A stretch of 64,000 nucleotides of DNA from an uncultured Ignavibacteriales bacterium (GCA_964503315.1 CAZCZL010000005.1:5335-69334); one strand, 5' to 3'; counted from the stretch's first letter, positions 54,786 to 63,853 are shown. Notes: generated by a model not told the origin, from the sequence alone. Made by a program: numbers and translations.

Positions 54786-55030
54786 ACCTGATAGCTGGGC
54801 TGGTTCGGGCGGTCGACTTTGATTCTCGCGGCAAGATCAGCCCGAAATCGCCAATCTGGCCAAGATCGGACTCCAATCACGACAACGACTCAGTCTGTGA
54901 GCAAACACAGGTGCTGAGCCTGGTGGGGCAACATCGCCATCGGACGGCGGAGCATCGTCCGGGGGCTCTGATCGGCACGTCCCTCCATCAAACTGTCTCT
55001 ACGTTGGTCGGTTCCGGGAACAATCAACCA

Positions 55031-55046
55031 TGTGAAAACAATCACT
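55031..55046. promoter_or_regulatory. CRP/FNR-type box, 9/10 (TGTGA-N6-TCACT)
   Basis: TGTGAAAACAATCACT. Confidence 0.4.
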
Positions 55047-55109
55047 ACCATGCGTTTCAGAGTCAGACAACGACTCCAAGACAACGGATACGGCCAGGAC
55101 CTCTTACTA

Positions 55110-55125
55110 TGTGAATGTATTCACA
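55110..55125. promoter_or_regulatory. CRP/FNR-type box, perfect TGTGA-N6-TCACA (part of 18-bp palindrome ATGTGAATgtATTCACAT)
   Basis: TGTGAATGTATTCACA. Confidence 0.45.
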
Positions 55126-55375
55126 TGCTTGTACGATTGCCGCGCATGACTGGCTCCTTAGTCGCTTCATTATTCAGCGCAGGCGTGCTCCCAACCAATG
55201 GCGCTGGCGGGTGATGATCCGGTGGCGCGGTGGAGTCTCCCTCGGCGGTGAATTGACCTCGGCTCTCGGCGGTTTGTGCTTCCCTTTGAATATCGGTCGG
55301 ACTCTGTAGATGGTCGGATTTTGATACTACCGGTTGTAGTAACTTCCTTTCTGGTGCCAGATCTCGAATTTTCTC

Positions 55376-55404
55376 TTGACAAAATCAGGTTATGGCCCTA
55401 TGTT
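55376..55404 (+). promoter_or_regulatory. candidate sigma-70 promoter (TTGACA-17-TATGTT)
   Basis: ttgaca at 55376-81 and tatgtt at 55399-404. The leader to ATG55787 would be about 375 nt. Confidence 0.35.
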
Positions 55405-55786
55405 GCGGGCGTCTAGGGAAATAGTTGTGTGAATAACGCTTCTGTTTTGAATCTGCAGCACCTTTGGTAACGTTAAAACAACATTAACGTTAGCGTATCG
55501 AAAGCTCGACCTTCAGGTTTAATCAAACGAGTTTGAAACCTAAGCGGATAAGTCTGTCCGTACGGTTTTTCCAAGACTCAATATTCACTTTGATCAGTAG
55601 TTCAGTGAGTCCGTGTGACGTTGTGCCGTTGGCGCATCACCAGCACATGAGACATCTGGATCTGACGGGTCCGATACCCGATCTCTGATGAGATTCATAT
55701 CGGAAACTTAGGGGTAAGTCATCCTGGGGCATCTCGGGAAGATAACCCAAACTTCGATGACCTTTAGGTTCTTAAAGGAGCATTAA

Positions 55787-58363
55787 ATGATGCAAAAAAG
55801 AAATTTATATTCTTTGTTGCTGATCTCCTTTTTAGTGGTATTCGCCTCGTCTATGGCGTTCGCGAACCAGGTGACGTTCGAGTCCAAAACGCTGCCGCGG
55901 TGCTTCAACTCCGCGTCCAACGTAACGGCGATCGTCTCTGCTGATTCGGTGAGCGCGATAGAGATCGTGGTCGTGGTTGATGGTAACGTTACGTTACCGC
56001 TTCCAGGCAGCATCTTCACCTTCGACGCGGGCTTCACAGCTCTGACCGATCGCGTGGTGGATGATACGTCTGGTGTGGACGGTACCTTGCCCGATACGAT
56101 TCGCATTGCCGCTATGTTGCTCAACCCGAGCGCTGGAGCGTTAGCACAAGGAAATCATGTTGTCGGCCGGATAAACTATAGAACCAATGACGTCTGCTCA
56201 GGTTCTGGTACCCTTCAGGGCGGCGTTTTCGACTATCCGATCCCGGCAACTGTTACCACCCAGTTTGTTGATGCCGCCACCTCTACCATTCTTCCGGTTG
56301 TCGTGAACAATGGTACGGTGACGATCACCAACCTCGCGCCGACTATTGCTGCAATTCCCAACGGTACACTGTACTGGGGCCAGACCTTCTTGGCGACGGC
56401 TGCCGGTTCCGATGCTGATATGGCGAATGGCTGCGAGACCTTGACCTATGCCAAGGTTGCTGGTCCGGCTGCTATGACCGTAAATCCGACCTCTGGCGCC
56501 ATTTCCTGGTTGACCACTGGCGCTGATGTCTGCACCCATAACGTGACCATTTCGGTTACCGACAAGTGCGGATCCTCGGCCCAGACGTCATTCCAGATCT
56601 GCGTCCAGAATAAAGTCCCTGTCATCACCTGCCCGCCGAGCCCGATCATGATCACGTTGGGCGACGTGGCCAATGGCGATGTCAACGCGACTGATGCCGA
56701 TGCTGGTCCGAAGCCGCTTATCTATAGCGTAGTGAGCTTCAACGGCCCGGGCACGGTGACCATGAACCCGTCGACCGGCGTATTCAGCTGGCCGACCGTG
56801 AACGATGACATCGCCTATCTTGGCTCCTTCACGCTCGTCGTGATGGTCACGGATAGCGCCAACGTCTGCAGCCCCTGCAGCCCCTCCAACGCTGACACGT
56901 GCTCCGTCACGATCAACGTTAACTGGGGTAAGGTCGTGATCGAGAAGATCCACAACCAGCTTCAGGGTGAGTTTGCGGAAGTTGACATCGTTCTTGGCAC
57001 CAACTACCCGATCGGCGGTTTCGACCTCCTGATCAAGTATGATAACTCTGCCCTGACCCTCACCGAGGTGCTCCCGGGTGGATTCATCACTGATTGCGGA
57101 TGGGAATACTTCACTTATCGTTTCGGCGCTGATGGCAACTGCAACGGCGGCTGCCCGAGCGGACTCGTCCGTATCGTCTCCATCGCCGAGACCAATAATG
57201 GTAACAACCATCCGGATTGCTTCACCAACTATCCGCCGCCTCCGGGCCTCGATAGCGTCATTGCTACCCTGAAGTTCCTGGTCTCCAACGACCGGACTTT
57301 GGAATGCCAGTACGCCCCGATCGAGTTCTTCTGGATCGACTGCGGTGATAACGGTCTGTCGTCGGTCGACGGTGACTCCCTGCTCATTTCCCGTTATGTT
57401 TACGGGTACGGCGGTGGCGATCCGTACTTCCATATTGAAGCGACTGCCGGTATCGAATTCCCGACCACGTTCGGCGCCCAGGAAGAGTGCGATATCTTCA
57501 CTCCTGGCAAGCCGTCCACGTGGCGCATCGTTGATTTCTTCAACGGTGGCGTTGATATCGTCTGCGCCGACTCGATCGACGCCCGTGGCGACATCAACTT
57601 GAACGAGTTCGCGTATGAAATCGCTGACGCGGTTCTCTTCTCGCGGTACTTCATCTACGGTCTTGGGGTCTTCACGATCAACCAGGCCGGTCAGGTGGCT
57701 GCTACCGACGCGAACGCTGATGGTCTGACGTTGACGGTTGCCGACCTCGTCTACTTGATCCGTGTGGTCGTGGGCGACGAGCTTCCGTATGACAAGGTTG
57801 CGGCCGTGAATGCCAACTACACGTTTGAAAACGGCGTGCTCGCGATCGACGGTGTCGATCTGGGTGCCGCTTTCGTCGTGGTGTCTGGCGATGTCACCCC
57901 GACTTTGACCGCTCAGAACGTTGGCATGCAGTATGCCTTTGACGGCACGAACACTCGCATCCTGGTTTCGCCAGTGATCGACGAGAACGTTACCAACATC
58001 ACCGGATTCTCAGGCACGTTCCTGACCGGCTTGAATGGTAACATCGTGTCCATCGAAATGGCTACTGTCCAGGGTCAGCCGGTTGCCGGAAAGATCATTC
58101 CGAAGCACTTCGGCCTGGCTCAGAACTATCCGAACCCGTTCAACCCGGCTACCACGATTGAGTTCGCTCTGCCGGTCGCCAGCAACTACACCCTGACGAT
58201 TTATAACGTCACCGGTCAGGTTGTCACGACCTTTGAGGGGACTGAAGAAGCTGGTATGCACCAGGTGATCTGGAATGCTAATGAAGTCTCTTCTGGTATC
58301 TACTTCTACAAGTTGAATGCCGGTGCCTTCAGCAGCACGAAGAAGATGGTCCTGCTCAAGTAA
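55787..58363 (+). CDS. scaffoldin-like surface protein: beta-sandwich (cohesin-like?) - 2 cadherin/He_PIG-like Ig - cohesin - dockerin - spacer - T9SS C-terminal sorting domain
   Basis: AAGGAG SD. Signal peptide MMQKRNLYSLLLISFLVVFASSMAFA. Cohesin pattern VVIEKIHNQLQGEFAEVDIVLGTNYPIGGFDLLIKYDNSALTLTEVLPGGF. Dockerin DARGDINLNEFAYEIADAVLFSRYF..DANADGLTLTVADLVYLIRVVVG. CTD QNYPNPFNPATTIEF...SGIYFYKLNAGAFSSTKKMVLLK. Confidence 0.85.
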   Translation: MMQKRNLYSLLLISFLVVFASSMAFANQVTFESKTLPRCFNSASNVTAIVSADSVSAIEIVVVVDGNVTLPLPGSIFTFDAGFTALTDRVVDDTSGVDGTLPDTIRIAAMLLNPSAGALAQGNHVVGRINYRTNDVCSGSGTLQGGVFDYPIPATVTTQFVDAATSTILPVVVNNGTVTITNLAPTIAAIPNGTLYWGQTFLATAAGSDADMANGCETLTYAKVAGPAAMTVNPTSGAISWLTTGADVCTHNVTISVTDKCGSSAQTSFQICVQNKVPVITCPPSPIMITLGDVANGDVNATDADAGPKPLIYSVVSFNGPGTVTMNPSTGVFSWPTVNDDIAYLGSFTLVVMVTDSANVCSPCSPSNADTCSVTINVNWGKVVIEKIHNQLQGEFAEVDIVLGTNYPIGGFDLLIKYDNSALTLTEVLPGGFITDCGWEYFTYRFGADGNCNGGCPSGLVRIVSIAETNNGNNHPDCFTNYPPPPGLDSVIATLKFLVSNDRTLECQYAPIEFFWIDCGDNGLSSVDGDSLLISRYVYGYGGGDPYFHIEATAGIEFPTTFGAQEECDIFTPGKPSTWRIVDFFNGGVDIVCADSIDARGDINLNEFAYEIADAVLFSRYFIYGLGVFTINQAGQVAATDANADGLTLTVADLVYLIRVVVGDELPYDKVAAVNANYTFENGVLAIDGVDLGAAFVVVSGDVTPTLTAQNVGMQYAFDGTNTRILVSPVIDENVTNITGFSGTFLTGLNGNIVSIEMATVQGQPVAGKIIPKHFGLAQNYPNPFNPATTIEFALPVASNYTLTIYNVTGQVVTTFEGTEEAGMHQVIWNANEVSSGIYFYKLNAGAFSSTKKMVLLK
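56927..57409 (+). other. cohesin-like module
   Basis: G-x-F-x-V-D-I-V-L....PIGGFDLLIKYDNSALTLTEVLPG matches the cohesin core (G..v.vpv......i...df...YD...L....v.pG). It contains a Cys-rich insertion (CNGGCPSG..HPDC). Confidence 0.6.
57578..57778 (+). other. dockerin module
   Basis: DARGDINLNEFAYEIAD + helix AVLFSRYFI, then DANADGLTLTVAD + helix LVYLIRVVV. Confidence 0.6.
58115..58360 (+). other. T9SS C-terminal sorting domain
   Basis: LAQNYPNPFNPATTIEFALPVASNYTLTIYNVTGQVVTTFEG...SGIYFYKLNAGAFSSTKKMVLLK. Same family as 13719-13976. Confidence 0.8.
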
Positions 58364-58385
58364 CGTTGACGCAGAGTCCGTTTTG

Positions 58386-58418
58386 AAAAGCCCCGGCCCT
58401 GCCGGGGCTTTTCTTTTT
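58386..58418 (+). terminator. rho-independent terminator
   Basis: aaaagccccggc-cct-gccggggctttt, a 12-bp stem followed by a T-rich run. Confidence 0.85.
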
Positions 58419-58436
58419 GGAGAGGGGAGAGAAGTT

Positions 58437-58486
58437 CCCTCACCCGCCCGCCTATGGCAGGCTCCCTCTCCCAAGGGGAGAGGGGA
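58437..58486. repeat. REP-like element family A (second direct copy)
   Basis: ccctcacccgcccgcctatggcaggctccctctcccaaggggagaggggaaa aligns with 9735-9786 over its whole length. Confidence 0.7.
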
Positions 58487-58673
58487 AAGCGTCGTCTCTC
58501 TAAGGGAAAAAACGGACCGAAAAGGGGGAATCGATTGCAGATTCTCCGCCGACTTCCCGGCTTCGAACTGACTTAAAGACCGAAAACTGAGTTGATCTGT
58601 CGTGCCAGTACGGTCACAGACAATTGCCATTGCCAGAGCAGGTCAGAGCTTAAGAAGCTGTGGTGAGAGAAGT

Positions 58674-59225
58674 CTACTGCGAGTCAGTAGCAGGGGAGGG
58701 GATATCTTCCGTCGCCGGTTTCGGCGGTTTGTGGAAGAGCACCTTGATCAACAGAAAGACCAGCGCGCAACTGATGGCGGAGTCGGCGATGTTGAAGGTC
58801 CACCAGCGGTCGATATGCAGTCCCAGGAAATTGATATTGAAGAAATCGACATCAATGAAATCCACCACTTTGCCGATGCGGATACGGTCGATCAGGTTGC
58901 CGATAGCTCCACCGCAGATGAACGCCAGCGGGATCGCGAATGAGGCCATCGCCCGATAGAGATACAAGTAATATAACAGGAGCGGAATGATTATCAGCGC
59001 GATGATCAGGTACCAGGTGGAGGAACCGAAGCTGGTCCCCATCGCCCCCCCTTCGTTGTAGACGAGGGTGAACTTGAAGAAATCTCCGATGACGGTGATA
59101 GATGGTTGGCCGGTCAGGGTGTCGACCGCCCAGACTTTGGTGACCTGGTCCACGGCGGCCACCACTAGAATAATGACCGCGGCCCAGATGAGGTAGGAGG
59201 AGTTAGGCTTTGCCAGTTTTCGCAT
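58674..59225 (-). CDS. lspA: lipoprotein signal peptidase (signal peptidase II)
   Basis: VDQVTKVWAV, NEGGAMG, VDFIDV, WWTFNIADSAI. ATG59225 overlaps the upstream gene's stop by 23 nt. Confidence 0.85.
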   Translation of the reverse strand: MRKLAKPNSSYLIWAAVIILVVAAVDQVTKVWAVDTLTGQPSITVIGDFFKFTLVYNEGGAMGTSFGSSTWYLIIALIIIPLLLYYLYLYRAMASFAIPLAFICGGAIGNLIDRIRIGKVVDFIDVDFFNINFLGLHIDRWWTFNIADSAISCALVFLLIKVLFHKPPKPATEDIPSPATDSQ

Positions 59226-59595
59226 CCTCTTCGCGCGACTTGCAATCGATACAGAGGCGGGCATGCGGAACCGCTTCGAGTCTGGCCGCGCCGATATTCT
59301 TATTGCAGCTCTGGCAGACGCCGTAGGTACCGTCTTTGATGCGACGGAGCGCTTCGTCGATATGGTAGATCAGGCGGCCCTGTTTGGAGGCCATCATGAA
59401 CGCCATTTCGCGATCCATGGTCTCGGTTCCCTGGTCGGCCATATGGTATGAGTACGAGGAGAGGTCGCCGGTCGACTCTTTGATCGAGGTGCCGATATGG
59501 GTATCCTGGATGATCCCCAGCTCTTCGAGCAACTCGCGCTTTTTGGCGAGCAGCAACAGTTCGTACTTCTTGAGATCCGCTTCTTTCAGAGCCAT
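59203..59595 (-). CDS. TraR/DksA-family C4 zinc-finger protein
   Basis: CQSCNKNIGAARLEAVPHARLCIDCK. N-terminal coiled coil. It sits between ileS and lspA. Confidence 0.8.
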   Translation of the reverse strand: MALKEADLKKYELLLLAKKRELLEELGIIQDTHIGTSIKESTGDLSSYSYHMADQGTETMDREMAFMMASKQGRLIYHIDEALRRIKDGTYGVCQSCNKNIGAARLEAVPHARLCIDCKSREEDAKTGKA

Positions 59596-59610
59596 TCGAC
59601 TCTCCCGCTG

Positions 59611-62600
59611 TTAAAGTTTCTCTACCGCGATCGCGGCGGTTTCACCATTTATGTTCCACTGCGTGCCGCCGTCAAAACCATTCGTATCCAAGAACTCGAT
59701 AGAGCGGGCCAGGGTTTCCCGGCGGATAAATTCGTCATAACGGCCGGCGGCCGCACGGAGCGGCGCGGTGCCGCTCATCCGTATCGAAATATGGTCAGTC
59801 ACATCAAAGCCCGAGCTTTTCCGCATATTCTGGATCTTGTTCACCATCTCGCGGGCGAACCCTTCGTCTATCAGATCCTGCGAAAGCTCCGTCACCAGCG
59901 CGACCGTTAGAGGGCCGTTGCTTTCTACGGCGAAGCCGTCCTTTTCGGTCTTCTGTATGTCAACATCTTCGGTCGTCAGGCTGACCGGCCCGCCGTCTGT
60001 CGGGACAGCCAACTTGCCGGACTGCTCAAACTGGCGAGCCTGCTCGCTGGTGAGACCGGCGATAAACGCCTGCGCCGTCTTAACGTGCGCTCCAAGTTTC
60101 GGTCCCGCCACTTTGAAATTCAGCTTTGCGCCGTAAGTGACATAATTCCCCAGCTCGGTCGAGGGGAGCACTTCTTTTACGTTCAATTCGTCTTCGATTA
60201 TCTCGATATATTCACCAAGGCGGGTGAAATCCGCGTCAGATTTGACTCCAACCAACAGTTTCGACAGCGGTTGGCGAACCTTGAGGTTCCTGCGCGACCG
60301 GGCCGCACGCCCTAACGAGACAATATCTCTCACCATTTCCATGGTGTCATCAAGTTTATCATCGATCTGTGAGATATCCGCGGCAGGGAAACCGGCCATA
60401 TGGACCGAGAGCGGCATCCCATGCTCCATCCGCTTTTCCCCGGCCAACTCTTTCCAGAGCAATTCGGAGGTGAACGGCGTCACGGGGGCGGTCAAGCGAC
60501 TGACTCCTTCAAGAATGCGATAAAGAGTCAGATAAGCTCGCATCTTTGACGGATCATCTTCCTTGGCCCAGAACCGACGGCGATTCAGCCGGACGTACCA
60601 GTTGGAGAGGTCATCGATTACAAACGACTGGATCTTGCGTACGGGCCGGGTGATCTCGTACTTGTCTAGATCTTCATTCACCGACTTGACCAGAGAATGA
60701 TAGCGGGACATCACCCACATATCGAGCGTTTCCGGCGCGCCGGATTTCGATTCGAGGAACTTGTCTATGGTCACGCCGGCTTGGTGAGCACGGTCGGTGA
60801 TATTGTCTATATTCGCGTAGAGCGCAAAGAAGCTGTAGGTATTGCGCAGCGTATCGAAATACTTGCGGCAGACCTCGGCCAAACCGTTTTCATCGAAATT
60901 GGTCGGCAACCAGAGGTTGGAGTTGGCGACCAGATACCAGCGGACCGGATCGGCGCCATATTTGGCCACTGTCGCAAAGGGGTCAACCACGTTCCCCTTA
61001 TGCTTCGACATCTTCTTGCCTTCTTTGTCGAGAATGAACTCGAGCACGACGACATTCTTGAACGATGCTCCCTTCGGGAGATCGTCGCGAACCTCGGAAA
61101 GCATGGTTGATATCGCTATCAGCGAATAGAACCATCCGCGGGTCTGGTCGACCGCTTCGGAGATGAAATCCGCCGGGTACTTCTCTGCAAACTGCGCCTG
61201 GTGTTCAAACGGGTAATGCCACTGCGCAAACGGCATGGCGCCCGAATCAAACCAGACATCGATCAGTTCCGGCACACGCGACATTGTACCGCCGCACTCG
61301 CACTTCAACTTGATCTCATCGATGGTCGGGCGGTGCAAGTCGAGTTTCCCCTCGGCGGCGAGCTGTTTCCATTTCGGGTCGGCTGCTTCGTTGACCAACT
61401 GCTCAACCGAACCGACGCCGTGCATTCTGCCGCAGGCCAGATTGTCGCAGATCCAGATCGGCAGGGGAGTTCCCCAGAATCGTTCACGAGACAGCGCCCA
61501 ATCAACGTTATTCTCCAGCCAATTGAGCATACGGCCGGTCCGTATCTCATCCGGCACCCAGTTGATGGCGTTGCTGTTCCGTATCAATTGCTCGCGGAAC
61601 TGCGTCGTCTTTATGTACCAGCTCTGGCGCGCTATGTATATGAGCGGCGAATCACAGCGCCAGCAGAACGGGTAATTGTGCTCGTATATCTCTTTCTTGA
61701 AAAGCTGGCCCGCGATCTTCATGTCCTTGATGATGATCGGGTCGGCATCTTTGATATACATGCCGGCGTACGGGCCGGTCCCTTCCTTGAAAAGACCATT
61801 CGCTTCCACCGCCTGGAAGACCGGGAGATTGTACGCGCGCCCTACTTCGTAGTCATCCGCGCCATAGCCGGGGGCGATATGGACTATGCCAGTGCCATCC
61901 TCAAGAGTGACAAACTCGCCGGTGATGACATAAAACGCCTTGTCGGCTTCATGCTTGAAGGTATCAAACAGCGGGATGTATTTCCGCTTGGCGAACTCCG
62001 AGCCTTTGCGCTTTTCGAGCGCGGGCTTTTCCTCGCCGAACAGCTTGGCGACCAGCGCTTCCGCCAGCACCAGCTTTTCCCCTTCATGCTCGACCATGAC
62101 GTAGTCGGCATCCGGCCGCATACAGAGCGCGGCGTTGGAGGGGAGAGTCCAGGGAGTGGTGGTCCAGACCAGATAGCTGAAATCGCCATCGGCGGCTTTC
62201 ACCTTCACATAGACCGAGGGATCTTTGACCAGATCGTATCCCTGCGCCACTTCGTGTGATGACAATCCGGTGCCGCAACGAGGGCAGAAAGGAACGGTCT
62301 TGTATCCTTTGTAGAGCAGGTCGCGGTCGAAGTAGTTTTTCAGGATCCACCAGACCGACTCGATATATTCGTTCTTCAGCGTGATGTAGGCATCATCGAG
62401 ATCCAGCCAATAGCCGATCTTGCGGGTTATCTCATTCCAGTCGGCGAGGTATTTGAAGACCGACTCGCGGCATTTCTGGTTAAACTTGTCGATGCCGTAT
62501 TCGACGATCTTCTGTTTGGAATCGAGTTTGAGCTGTTTTTCGACCTCGATCTCCACCGGAAGGCCATGTGTGTCCCAGCCCCCTTTGCGGTCGACCCGGA

Positions 62601-62832
62601 ACCCCTGCATATATTTGTAGCGGCAGACCAGGTCTTTGACCGTGCGGGAGATGACGTGATGGATGCCCGGGCGGCCGTTGGCGGTCGGCGGGCCTTCGTA
62701 GAAGACGAAGTGCGGCTTATCTTTATGTGCGGCCTGGGCCTTGTGGAAGACCTCCTGCTGTTCCCAGAACGTGAGGACAGCGTCTTCGGCTTTCGGCTGC
62801 GAATAATCGTCTTTAAGAGCGTCGAATTTCAT
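59611..62832 (-). CDS. ileS: isoleucine--tRNA ligase (type 2)
   Basis: HIGH-type PPTANGRPGIHHV, KMSKS-type KKMSKHKGN, CP1 editing-domain motifs (WTTTPWTLPSN), Zn-type CPRCGT. Confidence 0.95.
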   Translation of the reverse strand: MKFDALKDDYSQPKAEDAVLTFWEQQEVFHKAQAAHKDKPHFVFYEGPPTANGRPGIHHVISRTVKDLVCRYKYMQGFRVDRKGGWDTHGLPVEIEVEKQLKLDSKQKIVEYGIDKFNQKCRESVFKYLADWNEITRKIGYWLDLDDAYITLKNEYIESVWWILKNYFDRDLLYKGYKTVPFCPRCGTGLSSHEVAQGYDLVKDPSVYVKVKAADGDFSYLVWTTTPWTLPSNAALCMRPDADYVMVEHEGEKLVLAEALVAKLFGEEKPALEKRKGSEFAKRKYIPLFDTFKHEADKAFYVITGEFVTLEDGTGIVHIAPGYGADDYEVGRAYNLPVFQAVEANGLFKEGTGPYAGMYIKDADPIIIKDMKIAGQLFKKEIYEHNYPFCWRCDSPLIYIARQSWYIKTTQFREQLIRNSNAINWVPDEIRTGRMLNWLENNVDWALSRERFWGTPLPIWICDNLACGRMHGVGSVEQLVNEAADPKWKQLAAEGKLDLHRPTIDEIKLKCECGGTMSRVPELIDVWFDSGAMPFAQWHYPFEHQAQFAEKYPADFISEAVDQTRGWFYSLIAISTMLSEVRDDLPKGASFKNVVVLEFILDKEGKKMSKHKGNVVDPFATVAKYGADPVRWYLVANSNLWLPTNFDENGLAEVCRKYFDTLRNTYSFFALYANIDNITDRAHQAGVTIDKFLESKSGAPETLDMWVMSRYHSLVKSVNEDLDKYEITRPVRKIQSFVIDDLSNWYVRLNRRRFWAKEDDPSKMRAYLTLYRILEGVSRLTAPVTPFTSELLWKELAGEKRMEHGMPLSVHMAGFPAADISQIDDKLDDTMEMVRDIVSLGRAARSRRNLKVRQPLSKLLVGVKSDADFTRLGEYIEIIEDELNVKEVLPSTELGNYVTYGAKLNFKVAGPKLGAHVKTAQAFIAGLTSEQARQFEQSGKLAVPTDGGPVSLTTEDVDIQKTEKDGFAVESNGPLTVALVTELSQDLIDEGFAREMVNKIQNMRKSSGFDVTDHISIRMSGTAPLRAAAGRYDEFIRRETLARSIEFLDTNGFDGGTQWNINGETAAIAVEKL

Positions 62833-63057
62833 GTCTCAGATTCCTTTAGAGCCGCTAAATGTAGCTAAGATATCAACATTTGCAAAAGGTTTTTTGAGGG
62901 GGGAAGGGAGAGGCACGGGGGCTGCTTTTGGCTACGTAAGGCATTACTAATCAACCGATAAACGGAATCGCGAGACGGGTCGCACGTGGACTGATAATGT
63001 CTACGAAGTTGGCTCGTGCTCCCGCCCAACGGCGGCTTTGTTGTCCATGCTTTCCGT

Positions 63058-63087
63058 TTGCACGGAATCGGGCCTTCCTCGTATATT
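63058..63087 (+). promoter_or_regulatory. candidate sigma-70 promoter (TTGCAC-18-TATATT)
   Basis: ttgcac at 63058-63 and tatatt at 63082-87, 35 nt upstream of ATG63122 (GGGAGGA SD). Confidence 0.4.
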
Positions 63088-63121
63088 TGTGGTACTGTCA
63101 GAATAGAAAGGGAGGATCAAC

Positions 63122-63853
63122 ATGCGTCGACTGTTCACCGCTTTTGCTCTCGTGTCGCTGATGATCTGTGTGGGGGGATGCGACTCCGAGAAACCCACTA
63201 AATCTGATCCGCTCCCCGAACCGGAGTTTGCGGTTGCGGGGCAGATATACCTTTATCGCTGCTACGGCAAGAACGATACAAACAACAACCCGCCGGGGGT
63301 AGACTTTCGGTGCACAACAATCTCCGGCCATCGTGGTAGATTGACATTTGTCGATACGTTAACAGGGGTGCATACAGCCGTTATTTGCGACTCCAACGGA
63401 TTTATCGTTCGGCTCGACTCCGCGGTCTACGATGTCATCGTAGAGTCTGCTTCCAGCCATCCGGATACCTTGTTTGGATTGTCAATCATCTCCGATACTC
63501 TGCTGAGTTTTGAAATGGTTGCTGATTGGATCCCGGGTGGAGTAATTGAAGCTACCATTGGATACAACCCGGCTACGGATTCTCTGGGCGAGTCGCGAGA
63601 ACGACAATTGCTGGACTCTCTCTTTGACTTGATTGCTTTTGGCGCTTGCGATATCGCTTCGGCTCAGAGGAGAATTATTTCGATCGAAGGTTTGGAACCC
63701 AATCTCTGGGTGCGATATCGGTTGCCCGTAATCGATCCGTTTGAGACCTGGAGAGTCGTTGGACTAGTATACTCGACTCGATCAGTGCAGGATTCGGTTT
63801 TCGCCCCGTACCGTTGTGACATTTATCCGGTTGCAAATCTCTGTATGGACTAA
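63122..63853 (+). CDS. lipoprotein, unknown function
   Basis: Lipobox MRRLFTAFALVSLMICVGGC|DSEKP. 243 aa. Confidence 0.75.
   Translation: MRRLFTAFALVSLMICVGGCDSEKPTKSDPLPEPEFAVAGQIYLYRCYGKNDTNNNPPGVDFRCTTISGHRGRLTFVDTLTGVHTAVICDSNGFIVRLDSAVYDVIVESASSHPDTLFGLSIISDTLLSFEMVADWIPGGVIEATIGYNPATDSLGESRERQLLDSLFDLIAFGACDIASAQRRIISIEGLEPNLWVRYRLPVIDPFETWRVVGLVYSTRSVQDSVFAPYRCDIYPVANLCMD

Noticed and set aside
54719-55114. 131-aa plus-strand ORF (TTG start) in the large gap upstream of 55787.
   Set aside because: It has no SD. Its composition is H/Q/R/S/G-rich without hydrophobic segments. Its start and stop fall inside the TGTGA boxes. I treat it as non-coding, and a homology search could overturn this.
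62833-63057. Possible T-box or other leader upstream of ileS.
   Set aside because: I could not recognise a T-box (specifier loop / AGAGA / T-box sequence) or any riboswitch core by eye. Only a plausible TTGCAA-16-TACATT promoter and an AAAGGA SD were seen.
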